Assembly (NCBI RefSeq): GCF_001194135.2 | Contig: NC_068999.1 | Location: forward strand, 53,777,268 to 53,841,267 | Reading direction: 5' to 3' | Origin: Octopus bimaculoides | Lineage: Eukaryota | DNA: 64,000 nt | Part shown: in pieces, positions 1 through 14,179 of the stretch | How positions within the stretch are numbered: position 1 is the first letter of the stretch | Layout of the letters: the number at the start of each line of letters is the position of its first letter | Made by a program: the position numbers and the translations under genes | Notes under the pieces: model-generated | Told to the model about the DNA's origin: nothing | The model's input: the letters and a program-made list of their open reading frames with translations, nothing else | The model's database searches: none

Positions 1-729
1 CAGTATTGGATTATTATTTTTAATTTTTTTGTTTTAGAGATTTATTTTTGGTTGATTTGTGTGTGTGTGTGTGTGTGTGTGTGTTTGGTTTCTTCTATGA
101 ATATTCATTTTTTTTTTTTTAGATTTTTTTTTATTTTCTTGATTACATTTACAGATACTGTTTTATATCAATGTTGTTATTATTATTGTTAATGTGGTGG
201 CAAGGGCAGCAGTAGCAGTAATGGTTTCTCAGTGAATCAAATCTAAATCTGCCATCTGGTTTCATTCTCAGTTGAGACTGCTTTTCTTTGCTTTATGTCA
301 CTAAGACTGTGCCTTTGTAATAAACAAGTGAGTTGTGCTGAGAAATATATAAACTTTATATCCAGTATACACAATTCAGGCAGCATGTAAGTAAAATACC
401 CATCCATGTATCATACATAGTATATACACAGTTGATAGGCCAGTTACTGCAGTAGTTAGCCTAAGATAACATCTTTTATGGATTTGCTGTGTTAAAAACA
501 CAATATATATCAGAACAAGATAAAAACTCCTACCAGCAGTGGCCAGCAAGTACATTAGATGCATTCCATCCCTTTTAGGCCTTTTCAGTGGCAAGTACTT
601 CTAGCCAGCCACATGCTCAGCCAACGGGACAAATACTGAAGTTACTAACCTATCAACAGTATGTATACATAAAGTATGTTATATAGATAGCTATAGAGTA
701 AGTCGTGGTATCATGTGAAAGCTATAGAT

Positions 730-1059
730 AAGGGGTTCTCAACCTTTTTGTATCTATGGACCCCTTTGATTACTATTCTATTCTGGTGGACCCCCACAGC
801 CATTCAGTGTTTAAAAACTAGTTTTATAGAAACTTCTTTCAAACTTCCTATTTTGTTTTTCACACATTAACTTGTGTAGGTTGAAACTATGTAAAATGTT
901 AGAGAAAGAAACCTAGCTGTTTCTTGCAATACATATCAATACATACATCTGACGCATAATTTTTTCAGAGGTCCTTCAAGTACTCTTGTAGATCCCCAAT
1001 TTACTATTTGGTTGCATAGACCCCAAAACTCTTATATGGACCCTGGTTGAGAACCACTG
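730..1059. mobile_element. hAT (Charlie-like) non-autonomous MITE
   Basis: TIRs (A)AGGGGTTCTCAACC ... GGTTGAGAACCACTG, with a perfect 8 bp TSD CTATAGAT at 722-729 and 1060-1067. Confidence 0.88.
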
Positions 1060-2047
1060 CTATAGATGGTCAAATTGACAAGGTATCTGGCAACCAAGTA
1101 AGCAAGTGGTCAGCAGTTCAGATTTCATTATTGGAATCTGTCCATAGTCAAAACATTTCTTCATTCAATCATTTGGACAGGGCATCATTTCTTATTTCAT
1201 TTGCATTCTAGAATAGGTTAGACAAATACATATCATTTTAATATTCTCATGGGGTTTCCTGTGAGGGAGCCATCATTTTGGGAGAGTGGTCCTTGAGGCT
1301 GTTAGTTTGGAAAACTTACAGAAAGCTTAAGAGTTTGACTTGATATTTTCTATAATCCAGGCTTCTTCAGCTGCTCTCGCCTTTTCCTTTTAAATCTATT
1401 TTATGGAACTGCTTGCATCGTAACTTTTTCTCACATCAAACTCACATCTGTTGTTGCTATCATTGTTTAAATTGATAGCAAAAATTGATTGTTTTGGCTT
1501 TTCCTTTTGCTATTCATTGTTCAAGACATTGTTACCATTGATGCTACTGTTGCTATTTTCACCACTGATGCTATCATTGTTGCTTTGGTTATCACTGTTG
1601 CTATTGACTGTTGATAACAACATTGCTCTTGATAATGATATTGCTATTTCTGTTACTAATGCTGTAACTGTTGCTTTGGTCATGGCTCTGGCTATTGGCC
1701 ATTATTAACAATGTTGTTATTTCTGCCACTGGTACCATCATTGTAGCTATTGCTATTAATGCTAATGTGCCTAACGCTATTGCCACTATGCAATTGTTGT
1801 TGCTATTGATGTAGCTGCTTTTATCTCTCTTCTTGTTGTTGTGTTTTGTTAAGTAAACATGCATGATTGATTTTCTTTTGTAGCTCTCCTCTTTGCTCTC
1901 CATTTGTCTGTGAATACAAACATAAAAGGCAGCAATTCTGAAACCCTAATAATTCCTGGGAAAATCTGAAACAAATCTTTCACTCTGATATAGAAATATG
2001 ATATTAATTTTAATTTTAGCTTGCTCTCTCTCTCTCTNNNNNNNNNN

Positions 2048-2100
<53 letters not shown>

Positions 2101-2221
2101 GGTGCTTATAATTTCTAATATAACTACATATCAAAAATCTAAGTATTTGATTCATTGATTATTTCTCAACATAAACATTGAGGTGGAGTCCCTATTGTAT
2201 TGGACATTATATAATATTTAA

Positions 2222-2430
2222 CCCCTTAGCATTTAAACTGGCAATATATGGCCCAAATATTCTCCTTGTTTTATGTTCAGAACAGCCTGATCCAGACTCC
2301 TGCACCTACCCTGTAACGTCACATCATAAAAACCTTGAATCCTTGAGATAATGCATGATTAATTCAAAACAATATGAATGAATAAATAAGCATTACATTT
2401 CATAGAGTAATATGAATGCCAGAAGGTTAC
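2222..2430. mobile_element. piggyBac-type MITE (degenerate copy, opposite orientation to the 47116 copy)
   Basis: TTAA followed by CCCCTTAGCATTTAAACTGG; the interior is the reverse complement of the 47116-47319 element. The right end is approximate. Confidence 0.6.
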
Positions 2431-2713
2431 ATATGGAGTATAAAGTGTCCTACTACACTGTGGCTCTAAGTAACAGACCAGTCATCATGTCAAGAACAAG
2501 ATAGCGTATATAAAAGGATTGGAAACAATTGTAGAGAGAGGTTGCAACATTGCAACAAAAGCAATATGATAAATTTAGTCCAAAACATATTTCTTACAGC
2601 AGAGCTACAGATATTTTAGTTACCAATACCCTAAGAAGTATTAACCAAGGATTTCATTCTTTCTTTCTGTCTGTCTTTTGTTTAATTTTTTTTTTAATAA
2701 TATTGATCTCAAG

Positions 2714-2922
2714 TTTTCACACAAGACCAGTAATTCCAAGGTAGCTTGATTACATCACCCCCACCCCCACCCCCAGTGCTCAGCTGGTACTTTTTTTATT
2801 GACCCCCCAAAAGGATGGAAGGTAAAGTTGACCTCAGTCTAATTTGAAGTCAGAATGTGAAGACAGGCAAAATGCCACCAAGTATTTTGCCTGGTGTGCC
2901 ACCGATTCTGCCAGCTCACCCC
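2714..2922 (-). mobile_element. tRNA-derived SINE, family A (head GGCGGTGAGCTGGCAGAATCG; core CTTTGCCTTTCATCCTTT..GGGGTCGATAAA)
   Basis: Matches many other copies in the window; CpGs are decayed. Confidence 0.75.
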
Positions 2923-3985
2923 CTTTCACGCACTGGAATTAGTTTGCACATAACACAAAATACAAAAATACAACAGTTGGGAGACATTCATTGATTCATG
3001 CTATACTTTCTCTTCAAAACCATTGAATGTGAAACTAAGGAAGCCAGTTCTGTATTTGATGACAATCAGAAATGATTTATTAATAACTTGGTTTAATACT
3101 GTTCTTTTATCATTTGGCTTTTGATGTATGATTGCTACATCAATCTAAAAAAGGCTGAAAATATTAAGAACTCGGTAGGAAAGGTTTAATGATACACAAA
3201 ATTTAATGCAAACGATCATGTTAAAGGCAGAAGACCTCTGAAAAGTAATATAAAGGACTAAGCCCTTATTTAGTAAAACACTAAAATTGAAATGTATCTA
3301 ATAGAGGAAAATGTAATTAAAATTTTATGGAAAATAACTGAAATTTAATATGGGATGCTACTTGGTGAATTGTATTTTATTTATATTTTGCTTGCTTGAA
3401 CTAGATTTTTATTTTCCTTTTGTTATCTTTTAACTTTGTTTTCATGCTAACATTATTAACTATGTTTATAAATCATGTACTTGTTGTGGCATTACTGGGG
3501 TAACAGAATTGGTAGTGATCAACAGACAAAATGCCTTGCAGTATTTAATTACATTCAAACATCTCCCACCATCTGTGTGTGTGTGTGTGTGTGTACACAT
3601 GTGTATCACAATTGTTTTAACGTTCACTTTTTATGCTTGTATGGATCAGATGGAATGTGTTGAGGCACAATTTTTAAAGCCAAACTTCCTGTTGCCAGTC
3701 CTCACCTGCTTTCAACCAAGGTGATAAATGTCCTGGTCTATCAGACAATGAACAGCCTGGTTGTAGTTATATATGGAAACAAACAACACCGTTTGAATGA
3801 GCCTTTTGCTTATAAAGACTATACATTTCAAGATACGTTAAGAAGCCCAGACATGCTTCCATAGTTGTCTGTAAGCAAAGGACACTGTTTGTATTGGCAG
3901 TGAGGCAGTTTACATTCAGTAAACACACTTGAAGACAAAGGAAAATAAATCTCTCTCTCTCTCTCACACACACATACATACATAC

Positions 3986-4035
<50 letters not shown>

Positions 4036-5129
4036 GTATAGATAGATATGTATGTATAGATAGATATACTTGGTTAGTTACATTACAGTATGGTAAGGTA
4101 TACCACATCATTAGCAGGCCATAAAAAGGCACCTAAAGTGGCACCTTGGACAAATGGTAGCAACCCCTTAGCCTCCCATGCCAGGGATACGGTGAAGACA
4201 TTGCCAGCAGAATGTTGGATAACTGTCAAGGCAGAGGAGTCCTAGACCAACAGCTTGAAGGTTATCACTGCCAAGCAGAAGATCTGTACCATCAGACAAT
4301 AGTTAGGCACCAAATAGCAAGTCTACCATACTCATTGCACTCTTTTATACCACATAGTACCTGAGTTGGAAGCCCAGAGAGGTAGTCTGGTGAGGTGGGA
4401 GAGATGATGCCAGCTTCCTTACTTACTGTCCAAGGCATTTTGTTAATTTGAAGAGAACAGTCAACTTTGACCTATGACGAACTGCTGACAACGATGAGGT
4501 TAGTCACCTCGAGTAGCATGGATGAAGAATTAGATCACCAAATTAAAATGATTTTGTTCAGCAAATTATTCAGTTAATAAACAAAAGCTGGGAAATGAGA
4601 AATTTACAGGCATTTAATCAAAGATTTTTTTTAAATTGGATATCACCATACTTCTATATATACAGCATTCCATATTTTCTGCAAAGAGAAGTACACAAAA
4701 AGATTGTTGTCATTTCTTTGACTAGCACATCTTGTATAAAGTTAACCACAAGAGAAGCAGTCTTCTTTTAATTGCACAAGAGAAGCAGTCTTCTTGTAAA
4801 TTCAGTGATTTTTTGATCAATATGGCAAAACATAATTTTACAGGAATTTGTAAGTGCTTAAATCAAAATGGTATCACTGTTATTATTTTATATATCTTAG
4901 AAATAACTGTCGTTTCCTTTGCTACAACCAATTTGAATTTGTGCTTCAATGTCATGAGGCTGTAATGCTTTTATTATTGATTTGTACCATTTCAGAGCTT
5001 ATGCTGAACTAAATTTTGTAAAGTATTATAGGAGCTCCTTTCCTGCTCTACAGCATGATACCTGTTTCTGTTCCTCTGTCATATTTGAGCCTCTTGACAC
5101 CTGGCACAAAGCCACCTTCCCCAATATTG

Positions 5130-5280
5130 CACCCTATCTCTGTAAAGTGGCTGGTAATAAGAAGGGCATCCAGCCATAGAAACCTTGCCAAAGCAGACAC
5201 TGGAGCTCAATGCAGTCCTTTGGGTGGTCATATCCAACTTATGTCAGCATGGAATACAGATGTTAAATGATGATGATGTT
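5130..5280 (+). mobile_element. SINE/LINE 3' tail, family C (AGGAAGGGCATCCAGC...CATGGAA..GACGTTAAA(TGA)n)
   Basis: Same tail as the copies at 30815, 31720, 39098, 41315, 43381 and 62990. Confidence 0.7.
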
Positions 5281-5858
5281 GTGTATATTTGTGTCTCCTT
5301 GTCTTGACATCATGCAACAGATGTAACTGAACATCACTGTCATACAAATGGTGTCATTCATTTCCAATCTTCTGTGGTTTCAAAGCAGGTGCGGGTTAGC
5401 AATAGGAGGGACATCAACCATAGACTATCTTCCTCACGTGAATTCCATCTAACCTCTGCAAGCATGGAAAAATGTACGTATATTAAAATGATGTATGGTG
5501 TATATGTGCTTGTGTTTAGCATACATAAATACAAACAAGATGTTCAAAACAGAACTCAGTGTGTGAAGGAGTGATTTGTTTGTGGTTGTTAGAGCTAGCA
5601 CCTCACATTTAGTTATTCAAATTTCACATTTCCAATCACCTAACTAGATACAAAGTGATTTGTATTCAGTTTGATGATCAAGAACACTTAATTCATATAA
5701 GCAGTCGTGAGGTGCTGGTTGTAATAATTATATAAATATAGATATAAGTGTGTGTGTGTGTGTATGAAACTTGTAAAACTTATTACTTAATTACTCTTGA
5801 TATTTTTGTTAGGTTTTGAATATTAAATTTACAAATATCTAAGAATATTTATATATAT

Positions 5859-5929
<71 letters not shown>

Positions 5930-5957
5930 CACACACACATCTATGTACACATATACG

Positions 5958-6007
<50 letters not shown>

Positions 6008-6024
6008 AATATATATATATGCAT

Positions 6025-6197
6025 ATATAGAGATAATCAGAAAATAGAGAAAACTTCAGATCAACAAACAAATCAATTGGACCACATCTGTCACATAAAT
6101 GTTATGTCACGTTTTGTATTAAATAATAAGCTACGGACATGGTTCAATTGATTTGTTTATTGATCTGAAGTTTTCTCCATTTTCTGGTTATCTATAT
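6025..6197. repeat. Fold-back inverted repeat (~60 bp arms, ~50 bp spacer)
   Basis: GATAATCAGAAAATAGAGAAAACTTCAGATCAACAAACAAATCAATTGGACCA pairs with TGGTTCAATTGATTTGTTTATTGATCTGAAGTTTTCTCCATTTTCTGGTTATC. Confidence 0.8.
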
Positions 6198-6988
6198 TTG
6201 ATTCCTGATAAACTTTTGTTTATTCTGTTGCTACCTGTACTCTATGAGCATAGTTTGCCTGCATACCCACGTTTAGAATAGAGGCAGCTGATGAAGGAAA
6301 AGTTCCATACGTGGCTTGTCTGTTTTCCTATGTGTTCATTCTGTTGTCCGTAAAAAAAGGGTTTTTTTTGTGCTTTGTTTATGTTCCCATTCCTTTTTTG
6401 ACGTCCTGTACCCGGATATGCATCTATATATACATGTAGATGTAGGTATGTACATATATGTATGTATATATGCATATGCTCACATATCATTTGTATTATT
6501 ATATTATCGAATGTCACGCATCCATTTGCATATATATATANNNNNNNNNNNNNNNNNNNNNNNNNNNNNNNNNNNNNNNNNNNNNNNNNNNNNNNNNNNN
6601 NNNNNNNNNNNNNNNNNNNNNNNNNNNNNNNNNNNNNNNNNNNNNNNNNNTATATATTTATATATTCATACACATCCATACATATACCCACACAAGGTGA
6701 TGCTGAAAAGATCCTGGCTTTGGGTAAAAGAAAATACAGGAGGATCAATTAATTATGATTTTGTTCAACATATTCCCCTTCTCAGATTCACACACTTATT
6801 GCAATGGTCCTTCAGTTTTTCTAAACCCTGTAGAACTCACAAGGTTGGGTCTCCAACCAAGCCTTCTGCAATACCCTTAAAGCCTGGAACTTTGCAGCAC
6901 CCCCTCGTAATGTATTTGCATTTGTCACCCTTACTCTTTTATTAATAAATGTATCAATAATTGTTTTTTCTTTTCTTTCTTTGTACAG

Positions 6989-7090
6989 CGAGACAGTCAT
7001 AGTAAGTGTTTAGCACACATCCCAACGTCAGCGATATACTGCGCAGGCAAGCCCTCCACAATCACAGACCAAACCAGAGTGTGTGTATAG
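6989..7090 (+). CDS. Candidate terminal coding exon of an unidentified upstream gene (RDSHSKCLAHIPTSAIYCAGKPSTITDQTRVCV*)
   Basis: Very strong acceptor TTTTTTCTTTTCTTTCTTTGTACAG, an open phase-0 frame to TAG, then A/T-rich 3'UTR-like sequence. No homology recognised. Confidence 0.3.
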   Translation, partial: RDSHSKCLAHIPTSAIYCAGKPSTITDQTRVCV

Positions 7091-7529
7091 AAGATAAATC
7101 CCAGAAAAAAAATATAAATATATACAAAGAAAAAATACAACAATAAAAACTGAACAACTTTCTTCATGCTTTGTCCATATTTTTCTCTTCTCAATCACTC
7201 CTTTCTTTGTGATTGAGGAATTTTGATGTCCAACCATCATATTTTATCTGCATGGAGTCATTTTATTCAAATTGACCAACCAGCGGCAAAAAATTACCAA
7301 AATTAATAACAACAATAACAAGATTGATAATCACAGAAAAAAAAAAAACCTAACACCCATGATGACCACCACCTCAGAGAGAGCTCTTTTTTTTTATATA
7401 TATAAAAACTGGATATTTCTGATTTGTCTTTTATTTCTTGTTGTGGGTGAATATCAAATTATCAGGGAATAAATCACTAACATCACATACACACACCTAC
7501 ACTATCAAATATACATTATATATATATAT

Positions 7530-8315
7530 NNNNNNNNNNNNNNNNNNNNNNNNNNNNNNNNNNNNNNNNNNNNNNNNNNNNNNNNNNNNNNNNNNNNNNN
7601 NNNNNNNNNNNNNNNNNNNNNNNNNNNNNNNNNNNNNNNNNNNNNNNNNNNNNNNNNNNNNNNNNNNNNNNNNNNNNNNNNNNNNNNNNNNNNNNNNNNN
7701 NNNNNNNNNNNNNNNNNNNNNNNNNNNNNNNNNNNNNNNNNNNNNNNNNNNNNNNNNNNNNNNNNNNNNNNNNNNNNNNNNNNNNNNNNNNNNNNNNNNN
7801 NNNNNNNNNNNNNNNNNNNNNNNNNNNNNNNNNNNNNNNNNNNNNNNNNNNNNNNNNNNNNNNNNNNNNNNNNNNNNNNNNNNNNNNNNNNNNNNNNNNN
7901 NNNNNNNNNNNNNNNNNNNNNNNNNNNNNNNNNNNNNNNNNNNNNNNNNNNNNNNNNNNNNNNNNNNNNNNNNNNNNNNNNNNNNNNNNNNNNNNNNNNN
8001 NNNNNNNNNNNNNNNNNNNNNNNNNNNNNNNNNNNNNNNNNNNNNNNNNNNNNNNNNNNNNNNNNNNNNNNNNNNNNNNNNNNNNNNNNNNNNNNNNNNN
8101 NNNNNNNNNNNNNNNNNNNNNNNNNNNNNNNNNNNNNNNNNNNNNNNNNNNNNNNNNNNNNNNNNNNNNNNNNNNNNNNNNNNNNNNNNNNNNNNNNNNN
8201 NNNNNNNNNNNNNNNNNNNNNNNNNNNNNNNNNNNNNNNNNNNNNNNNNNNNNNNNNNNNNNNNNNNNNNNNNNNNNNNNNNNNNNNNNNNNNNNNNNNN
8301 NNNNNNNNNNNNNNN
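7530..8315. other. Assembly gap (N run); other gaps at 2038-2047, 6541-6650, 11608-11623, 30362-30814 and 46952-46967
   Basis: N characters, mostly flanked by microsatellites. Confidence 1.
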
Positions 8316-8351
<36 letters not shown>

Positions 8352-8699
8352 TACATGTGGTATATATATATATGTATATATATGCATCTGTTTATATGTG
8401 TATGTATATAAGTATGTATGCACGCACATACACACACAGATATACACACTAAACAGTTACTACCTTGTTACCCCCTGAGATAATATATAAAGCATCTCAC
8501 TGTTTTATGTAACAAAGTAACAAAAATACTAACATAGTTAAAAGCAACACATTCAGTCACATGTAATAAGTACTAAGACGACTACTACTACTACTGGCAC
8601 CAACACTAGTATGCTACCACTACAACTGCAGAAACCAATACCATACTTGTACCACTATGTATACCAATACTACTATTTTACCACCACTATTGTCTCTCT

Positions 8700-8930
8700 C
8701 TCTCTTGGCTTGACTTAATGAGTGAAGATTTACATGGTGGAGGATGCCCACCTCTGTTGCAGGCTTGCAGATGCCTGACGAGCCCAATTCAGGACGGGCA
8801 GGTATAACTGCAGGGACTGCATGGGAATGGGAGCTGATCAAGGCTGGTTGTAGTCTACTTGTTTTTCCTGTTGATGTCTAAAGGAAGTCATTGCCTGGAA
8901 GACATCAAGATGCCAGGCTTCACAGTCACT
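8700..8930 (-). mobile_element. RTE-clade LINE 3' relic (C-terminal zinc-finger motif)
   Basis: The minus strand translates as DQLPFPCSPCSYTCPS*IGLVRHLQAC, matching the RTE CxxC..CxSRIGLxxHxxxC motif with CGA>TGA decay. Confidence 0.7.
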
Positions 8931-9434
8931 ACCACCACCACCACTACTTCTACTACCATTATTGACTGTACTACTACCAATACGAACACCTGCTACATGG
9001 CACCACTACTTCTGATATGAATTCCAATGCACTACATTATTACTTTCAACATTGCTACCAATGTCATCACAGCTACACTACCACTGGTACCACAACATTG
9101 TTACCATCACTAAGCACCAAAATATTATTGCCAAGAACATCATACTCTCACCAACACTGTACACTATTATCACACTAACACCAATACTATTTTAACTGAT
9201 ATCTTAAACTACTACTGCCTCCAAATATTCACTGTCGTCACCACCACTACCACTACTACTACTACTACTGCTACTACTACACTCACCAATATTACTATTA
9301 CTATTTCTACTTAATAATGTGACCCACTATGTTATTTCCACTAATGTTCAGATATTCTGTTATTTGTTTTTTTATATTAACATATGCCACTCACACCATG
9401 TGAATCATAAAGCAGGAACAAATACATGCACGCA

Positions 9435-9492
9435 CACGTTCGTGTGTGTATGTGTACATAATTATATATATGTATGTATGTACATATATATG

Positions 9493-9557
<65 letters not shown>

Positions 9558-9566
9558 GTATGTGTC

Positions 9567-9597
<31 letters not shown>

Positions 9598-9632
9598 ATA
9601 TGTATATCTATATGTATATATATATTTATATG

Positions 9633-9673
<41 letters not shown>

Positions 9674-9795
9674 GTGTATATATGTGTGTACATATATATA
9701 TGTATATATATATATTATGTATATATGTATGTATATGTATATATGTATGTATATATATATATATATATATGTATAATTATATGTATATATATGAT
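9435..9795. repeat. Compound (AT)n/(GT)n microsatellite field; representative of dozens across the window
   Basis: Direct inspection; similar fields lie at 5850-6020, 15480-15580, 32860-32905, 55370-55435 and elsewhere. Confidence 0.95.
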
Positions 9796-11652
9796 TGCTA
9801 AATCCACAAGTTTTTTTTATTCTCTCTCTGTTTATTTCCTCATATTCTTTTCTGTTGAAGAGCGTAGGCTCGAAATGTAAAAGACTTTCTCACTTTCCTG
9901 AGTGTCAAACTAATACACCTGTCTTCGTCTATTGTTTTTCTGTAAATTTCAACTAGATATATATATGTGTGTGTGTATGTGTTTATCATGAAAATGGAGT
10001 GCATGAGATATAAAGGTTGCTGTGCATGTATGTATGTTTTATGTAAATATTTGCATGTGTGTGTATGTATGTTTAAAATTCAAGTTAATGCCACAATTTT
10101 CAGGTGCAGATGGATTACAATGATTTATACTGCAACATAAACAAATGGGTACTTTTGTACACTCAATATACTCCAAAATCTGTGAGAGTGTCTTAAAAAT
10201 TTAATATGGGTGTGTCCTGTTGCCACAGGACCACTCATATTTCAGTGCTACACTGAAATCAATTAAATAATAATAATTTAAATAGCAGCTTTAAGTCCAT
10301 TTATTAACATTTCAAAATTACTATGTTGTCTTCTCCCATTTCATCACAGTCTATCTCTCTTTCTCTCTCTCTCTCTCCCACTGTGTATTTGTATGTGTGC
10401 ATTCAATTCATTTAACTGGCCTCAGTTAATGACTGAAACAAGTAAAAAATAAAAGATGTATATATGTATCTACGTATGTTTGTGTGTGTGTGTGTGTGTA
10501 TATATATGTATCTACGTATGTTTGTGTGTGTATTCACACACACATACATTGTATATATAAGCACATTGGCTGTGTACTTTAAGGATAGAAACTTCCTGGA
10601 TCATAAGCTACAACTTAATCTCCTGCTGCAACCATTGTATTATCACATTTAGGCAAGAAAAGTTGCCTACATAAGGAGAGAGAGAGAGACACACACACAC
10701 ACACACACACACCATGTATGCAATCTACTCCATACTAAAATTGCTAGTGTGAGGAAAGTGTTGCATCATTAACAGATACTACTACTAATTAAGTAACTAA
10801 TAACAGCATGAACATCCTACTTATGGTAACTGGGCACTAATGCAGAGGTTACTAAATTACTGTAATGATTGATGGGTACATTATGGGTGGGGTGAGATAG
10901 ATAAATGAATGGAGGTAGAGTGTGAGAGAGAAAGAGATTGATATAATTAGTAAGAAGTAGAAAGAAAGAGAGTACTGGAGAGAGGTGGAAAGGAATAAAC
11001 AGATAGATTTGTGGCTGGAAAGAAAGAGAGAGAGAGTGAAAGGGGAAAAGGAAGGGCTGGAAAGATAACCGAGGCAGATGTGTGTGATGGAGGAGGGTAG
11101 GGGAGTGTTAGTCACCCTTGCAAATATTTCCATTGAACTATTTAGAATCATCCTGATCACTGCTTTATGACTCCATAGAACCCATAAAATATTTGGTTCT
11201 CTTCTCATCAGTCATTCTCTGTTCTTTATATATTATTTTGGAACAATGCAAAAAAAAAAAAGAGAAAACAAAAAAAATATTTAAAAAAAAACGAAAACAA
11301 AATCTCACCTTCAACATTTGTTATTTTTGTGTTATTTTTGTGTTGTTGTTGCTGTAAAGATGGGGAAGAGCACCATTTCATTTTTCTTGGTTTGGCCAAT
11401 AAATTTATTTCATTTTATTTTTTGATTTAATTTCATTTTTTTTTTTTTATGACAACAAAACAAAGATCATGTTCTGCAAAATGGAGATAAAAAAATTTCT
11501 GTGAGTTTATCGTACGTTTGTTTCTTTGTGATTCCATTCTTTTATCTTTTTTTCCTTCATTTTGTTTTTGATATATATTTTTCTTTTTCTTTTTTTTTTT
11601 TTTTTTCNNNNNNNNNNNNNNNNTTTTTTTTTTTTTTTTTTTTTTTTTTTTT

Positions 11653-12025
11653 CATGACTCTGTGGTTACGAAGTTCTCTTTGCAATCACATGGTTTCAGG
11701 TTCAGTTCAGTACCAACCACTGCAAGGCACCTTGGGCAAGTGTCTTTTACTATAGCCCCAGGCTGCCCAATGCCTTGTGTGTGAATTTGGTACATGAAAA
11801 TTATGAAAGCCTATTAAGTGTGTATGTATGTATATATATGTGTGTGTGTATGTATGTGTTTGTCCCTCCCTCCCATCATTTAACAACCTGTGTTGATTTG
11901 TTTATATGCCCTGTAACTTAGTGATTTGGCAAAAAATATGCCCTGGGGTTAATTTGTCCAATTAAACCCTTCAAGGCAATACCCTAGCATGGCCACAGTT
12001 CAATGACTGAAAAACCTACAAGATA
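11653..12025 (+). mobile_element. tRNA-derived SINE, family B (head ..GTGGTTAAGAAGC..GGTTCAGTCCCACTG..GGCACCTTGGGCAAGTGTC; internal microsatellite; tail ..CAGCATGGCCACAGT..AATGACTGAAA)
   Basis: Full-length pattern shared with the copies at 23400 and 24944. Confidence 0.75.
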
Positions 12026-12547
12026 TATAGATTTGTCTTTTGAGGTTGTATTCACAGCAATTGCAATGTCACAACTGGTAAAAGCCATAATTTCAGTTGC
12101 ACTTCACCTCCCTCAGTTATCTTAGATTTACTCCTCTAAGTCAACCAAGCAGACGAGGAACTAGAATGATACTCAAAGAAGGCAGTGTCAAGAACTTAAC
12201 CCTTCTGTTACTGTATCTCTGTTGAAATTTGTTGCCTTTGTTTTAATACATTTTATGTATATATGTGTAAATTTGTACTTTATATATGTGTCTGTTCTTT
12301 GTTTTTAATGCATTCAAGCTTCAAATTACCTGTTCTCCACTCATACAAACACACACGCATGTACATGCAAATGGTTATAACACATTTAGTTGTTTATAAA
12401 ATACTTCAAGAAAAAAACATCAGTTAAATATGCTTAAATCTCATTGTAGTTTATCATTTTGATTTGTTTCAAATTTACTTATTTATCTAAAGTAATTCCC
12501 ATCTATTTGTTGTCATTGCTTTGTATTACTTTTGTTTTATTTTATGC

Positions 12548-12583
<36 letters not shown>

Positions 12584-14179
12584 GTCTTGGACTGACTAAT
12601 ACCTTGTGCGCAAATTTGATAGACAGAAACCCTATGGAATCCCATTAAAGACCATCATGTGAATATATGTGTATGTGTGAGTGTGGGATTTTTGTTTTTA
12701 AGGAGAGAAGGGCAGTGCTCATGTCCCCCTACAAGGTCTTCAAGACTGGTAAAAGGGGCGGGGTATCCTCAAACGGGGGGAGGGGCCTGGCCCAAATACT
12801 TGCAACAGAATAGACTCTGCTAAAGACACCTGAGATGCCAAATGGTGGTGTTAAATCAGGTGACAGATTTAAGTCTACCTCGAATATTGACGTTACATGG
12901 CATCGCTTGTCAGCTGCTGAGTGAAACAGTGATGTGATGTTTGAGTTTTTTGTTGACATTACAAACAGTGGAATAACAAAAAAAAATGGATTTATTTGAA
13001 AAATAAATCAATGGCTGATGACAGGAAGAGCATCTGGCTGTATGTAAAATCCTGCCTCAAAGAAGTCCACATTTATCCCATGCTAGCATGGTAAAACAGA
13101 CATTAAATGAAAAAATGAATATGTGTTTGTTTGTATGTATATGTGTGTATGTCTGTTTTAAACAGAAGCAGAAAATGTTTTGAGAGCTTATCATGAATAA
13201 AAGGAGGAAAATATTAATATTTACATTTTTATCAAAATTTGCTACCAGTTTCAATTGTTTAAGACTATTTAGTCATGCAATAAGAAAAAGAAACTAAATA
13301 GAATTAAATTAATCTTTCATGATAGCAGTTTTGAAAGTTCACATTTTTCTTGAAAAATTCACATGATAGTGGTTGTTGGTTTGCTGCTGGGTCATAATTG
13401 TAGTAGTAACAGTTTTAGCAGTGGTAATTGCCTGTTGTTCCTTACTAGCAATCTTAATATTCAGCAGTCCTTCATAATGATGGAAGAAGTCATATGGTGG
13501 TAGTGACAGTAGTAGTAGCAGCAGTGTTTATGGTCACAGTAGTAGCAGCCATCACATCTTTTATTCCAGCTATTCTGGTAAATGTGTCTAGAACTACATT
13601 ACCTTATGTTTCCTTCCTGTTTTAATGGTAGTATGTAATTTGAGGAAAAGTTGGTAGCTATTTGTACCATGTTGAATGACTCTATACAGGCTCTCTCATT
13701 TTCAATTAGTTGTGACAGAAGTTGGGTATTAAGAAAGTCAAGATAAGATTGTATCCACAACTCTGTCCAGAATGAAAGTTGCTCAGAATTTGTGCAGTAC
13801 CCCTAGTGTTCAGAACCTTCCTTAAGTGATTTCTTAGTTTGTCTAGTGTGTAGTGCCAGCTCTGTAGGAATGATAATACTTGTGTATAGCAAAAATTATC
13901 CATGGATATAATCAGTTACCCACAGATATAATAACACATTGCTATATTCATGATGTAGTATACGTAAAGATGATTCTTTGCTGAGAAGGTCTAATAAGAT
14001 TGAAACATGCAAATTTTCAGGGTTTTTTTAAAATGTCAGTGTTGTCTTCTTTGTTATAATAGTTAGGCTTATGGCTTCTTATTCCTCATTGTAGAATTAA
14101 TTTTTAATTAATTAAAATTGTTTGCCTGTGCTTACTTTACTCTATATTTGTGATAATCTTGGCTATAGCATTTGACCAG

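Noticed and set aside
7438-8478. Long ORFs (278-346 aa) here and at 6242-6945 and 30163-30980
   Set aside because: Artefacts of N runs and flanking (AT)n.
12729-12959. 76 aa minus-strand ORF in GC-richer unique sequence
   Set aside because: No recognisable homology and no convincing splice-site pair; cannot be supported.
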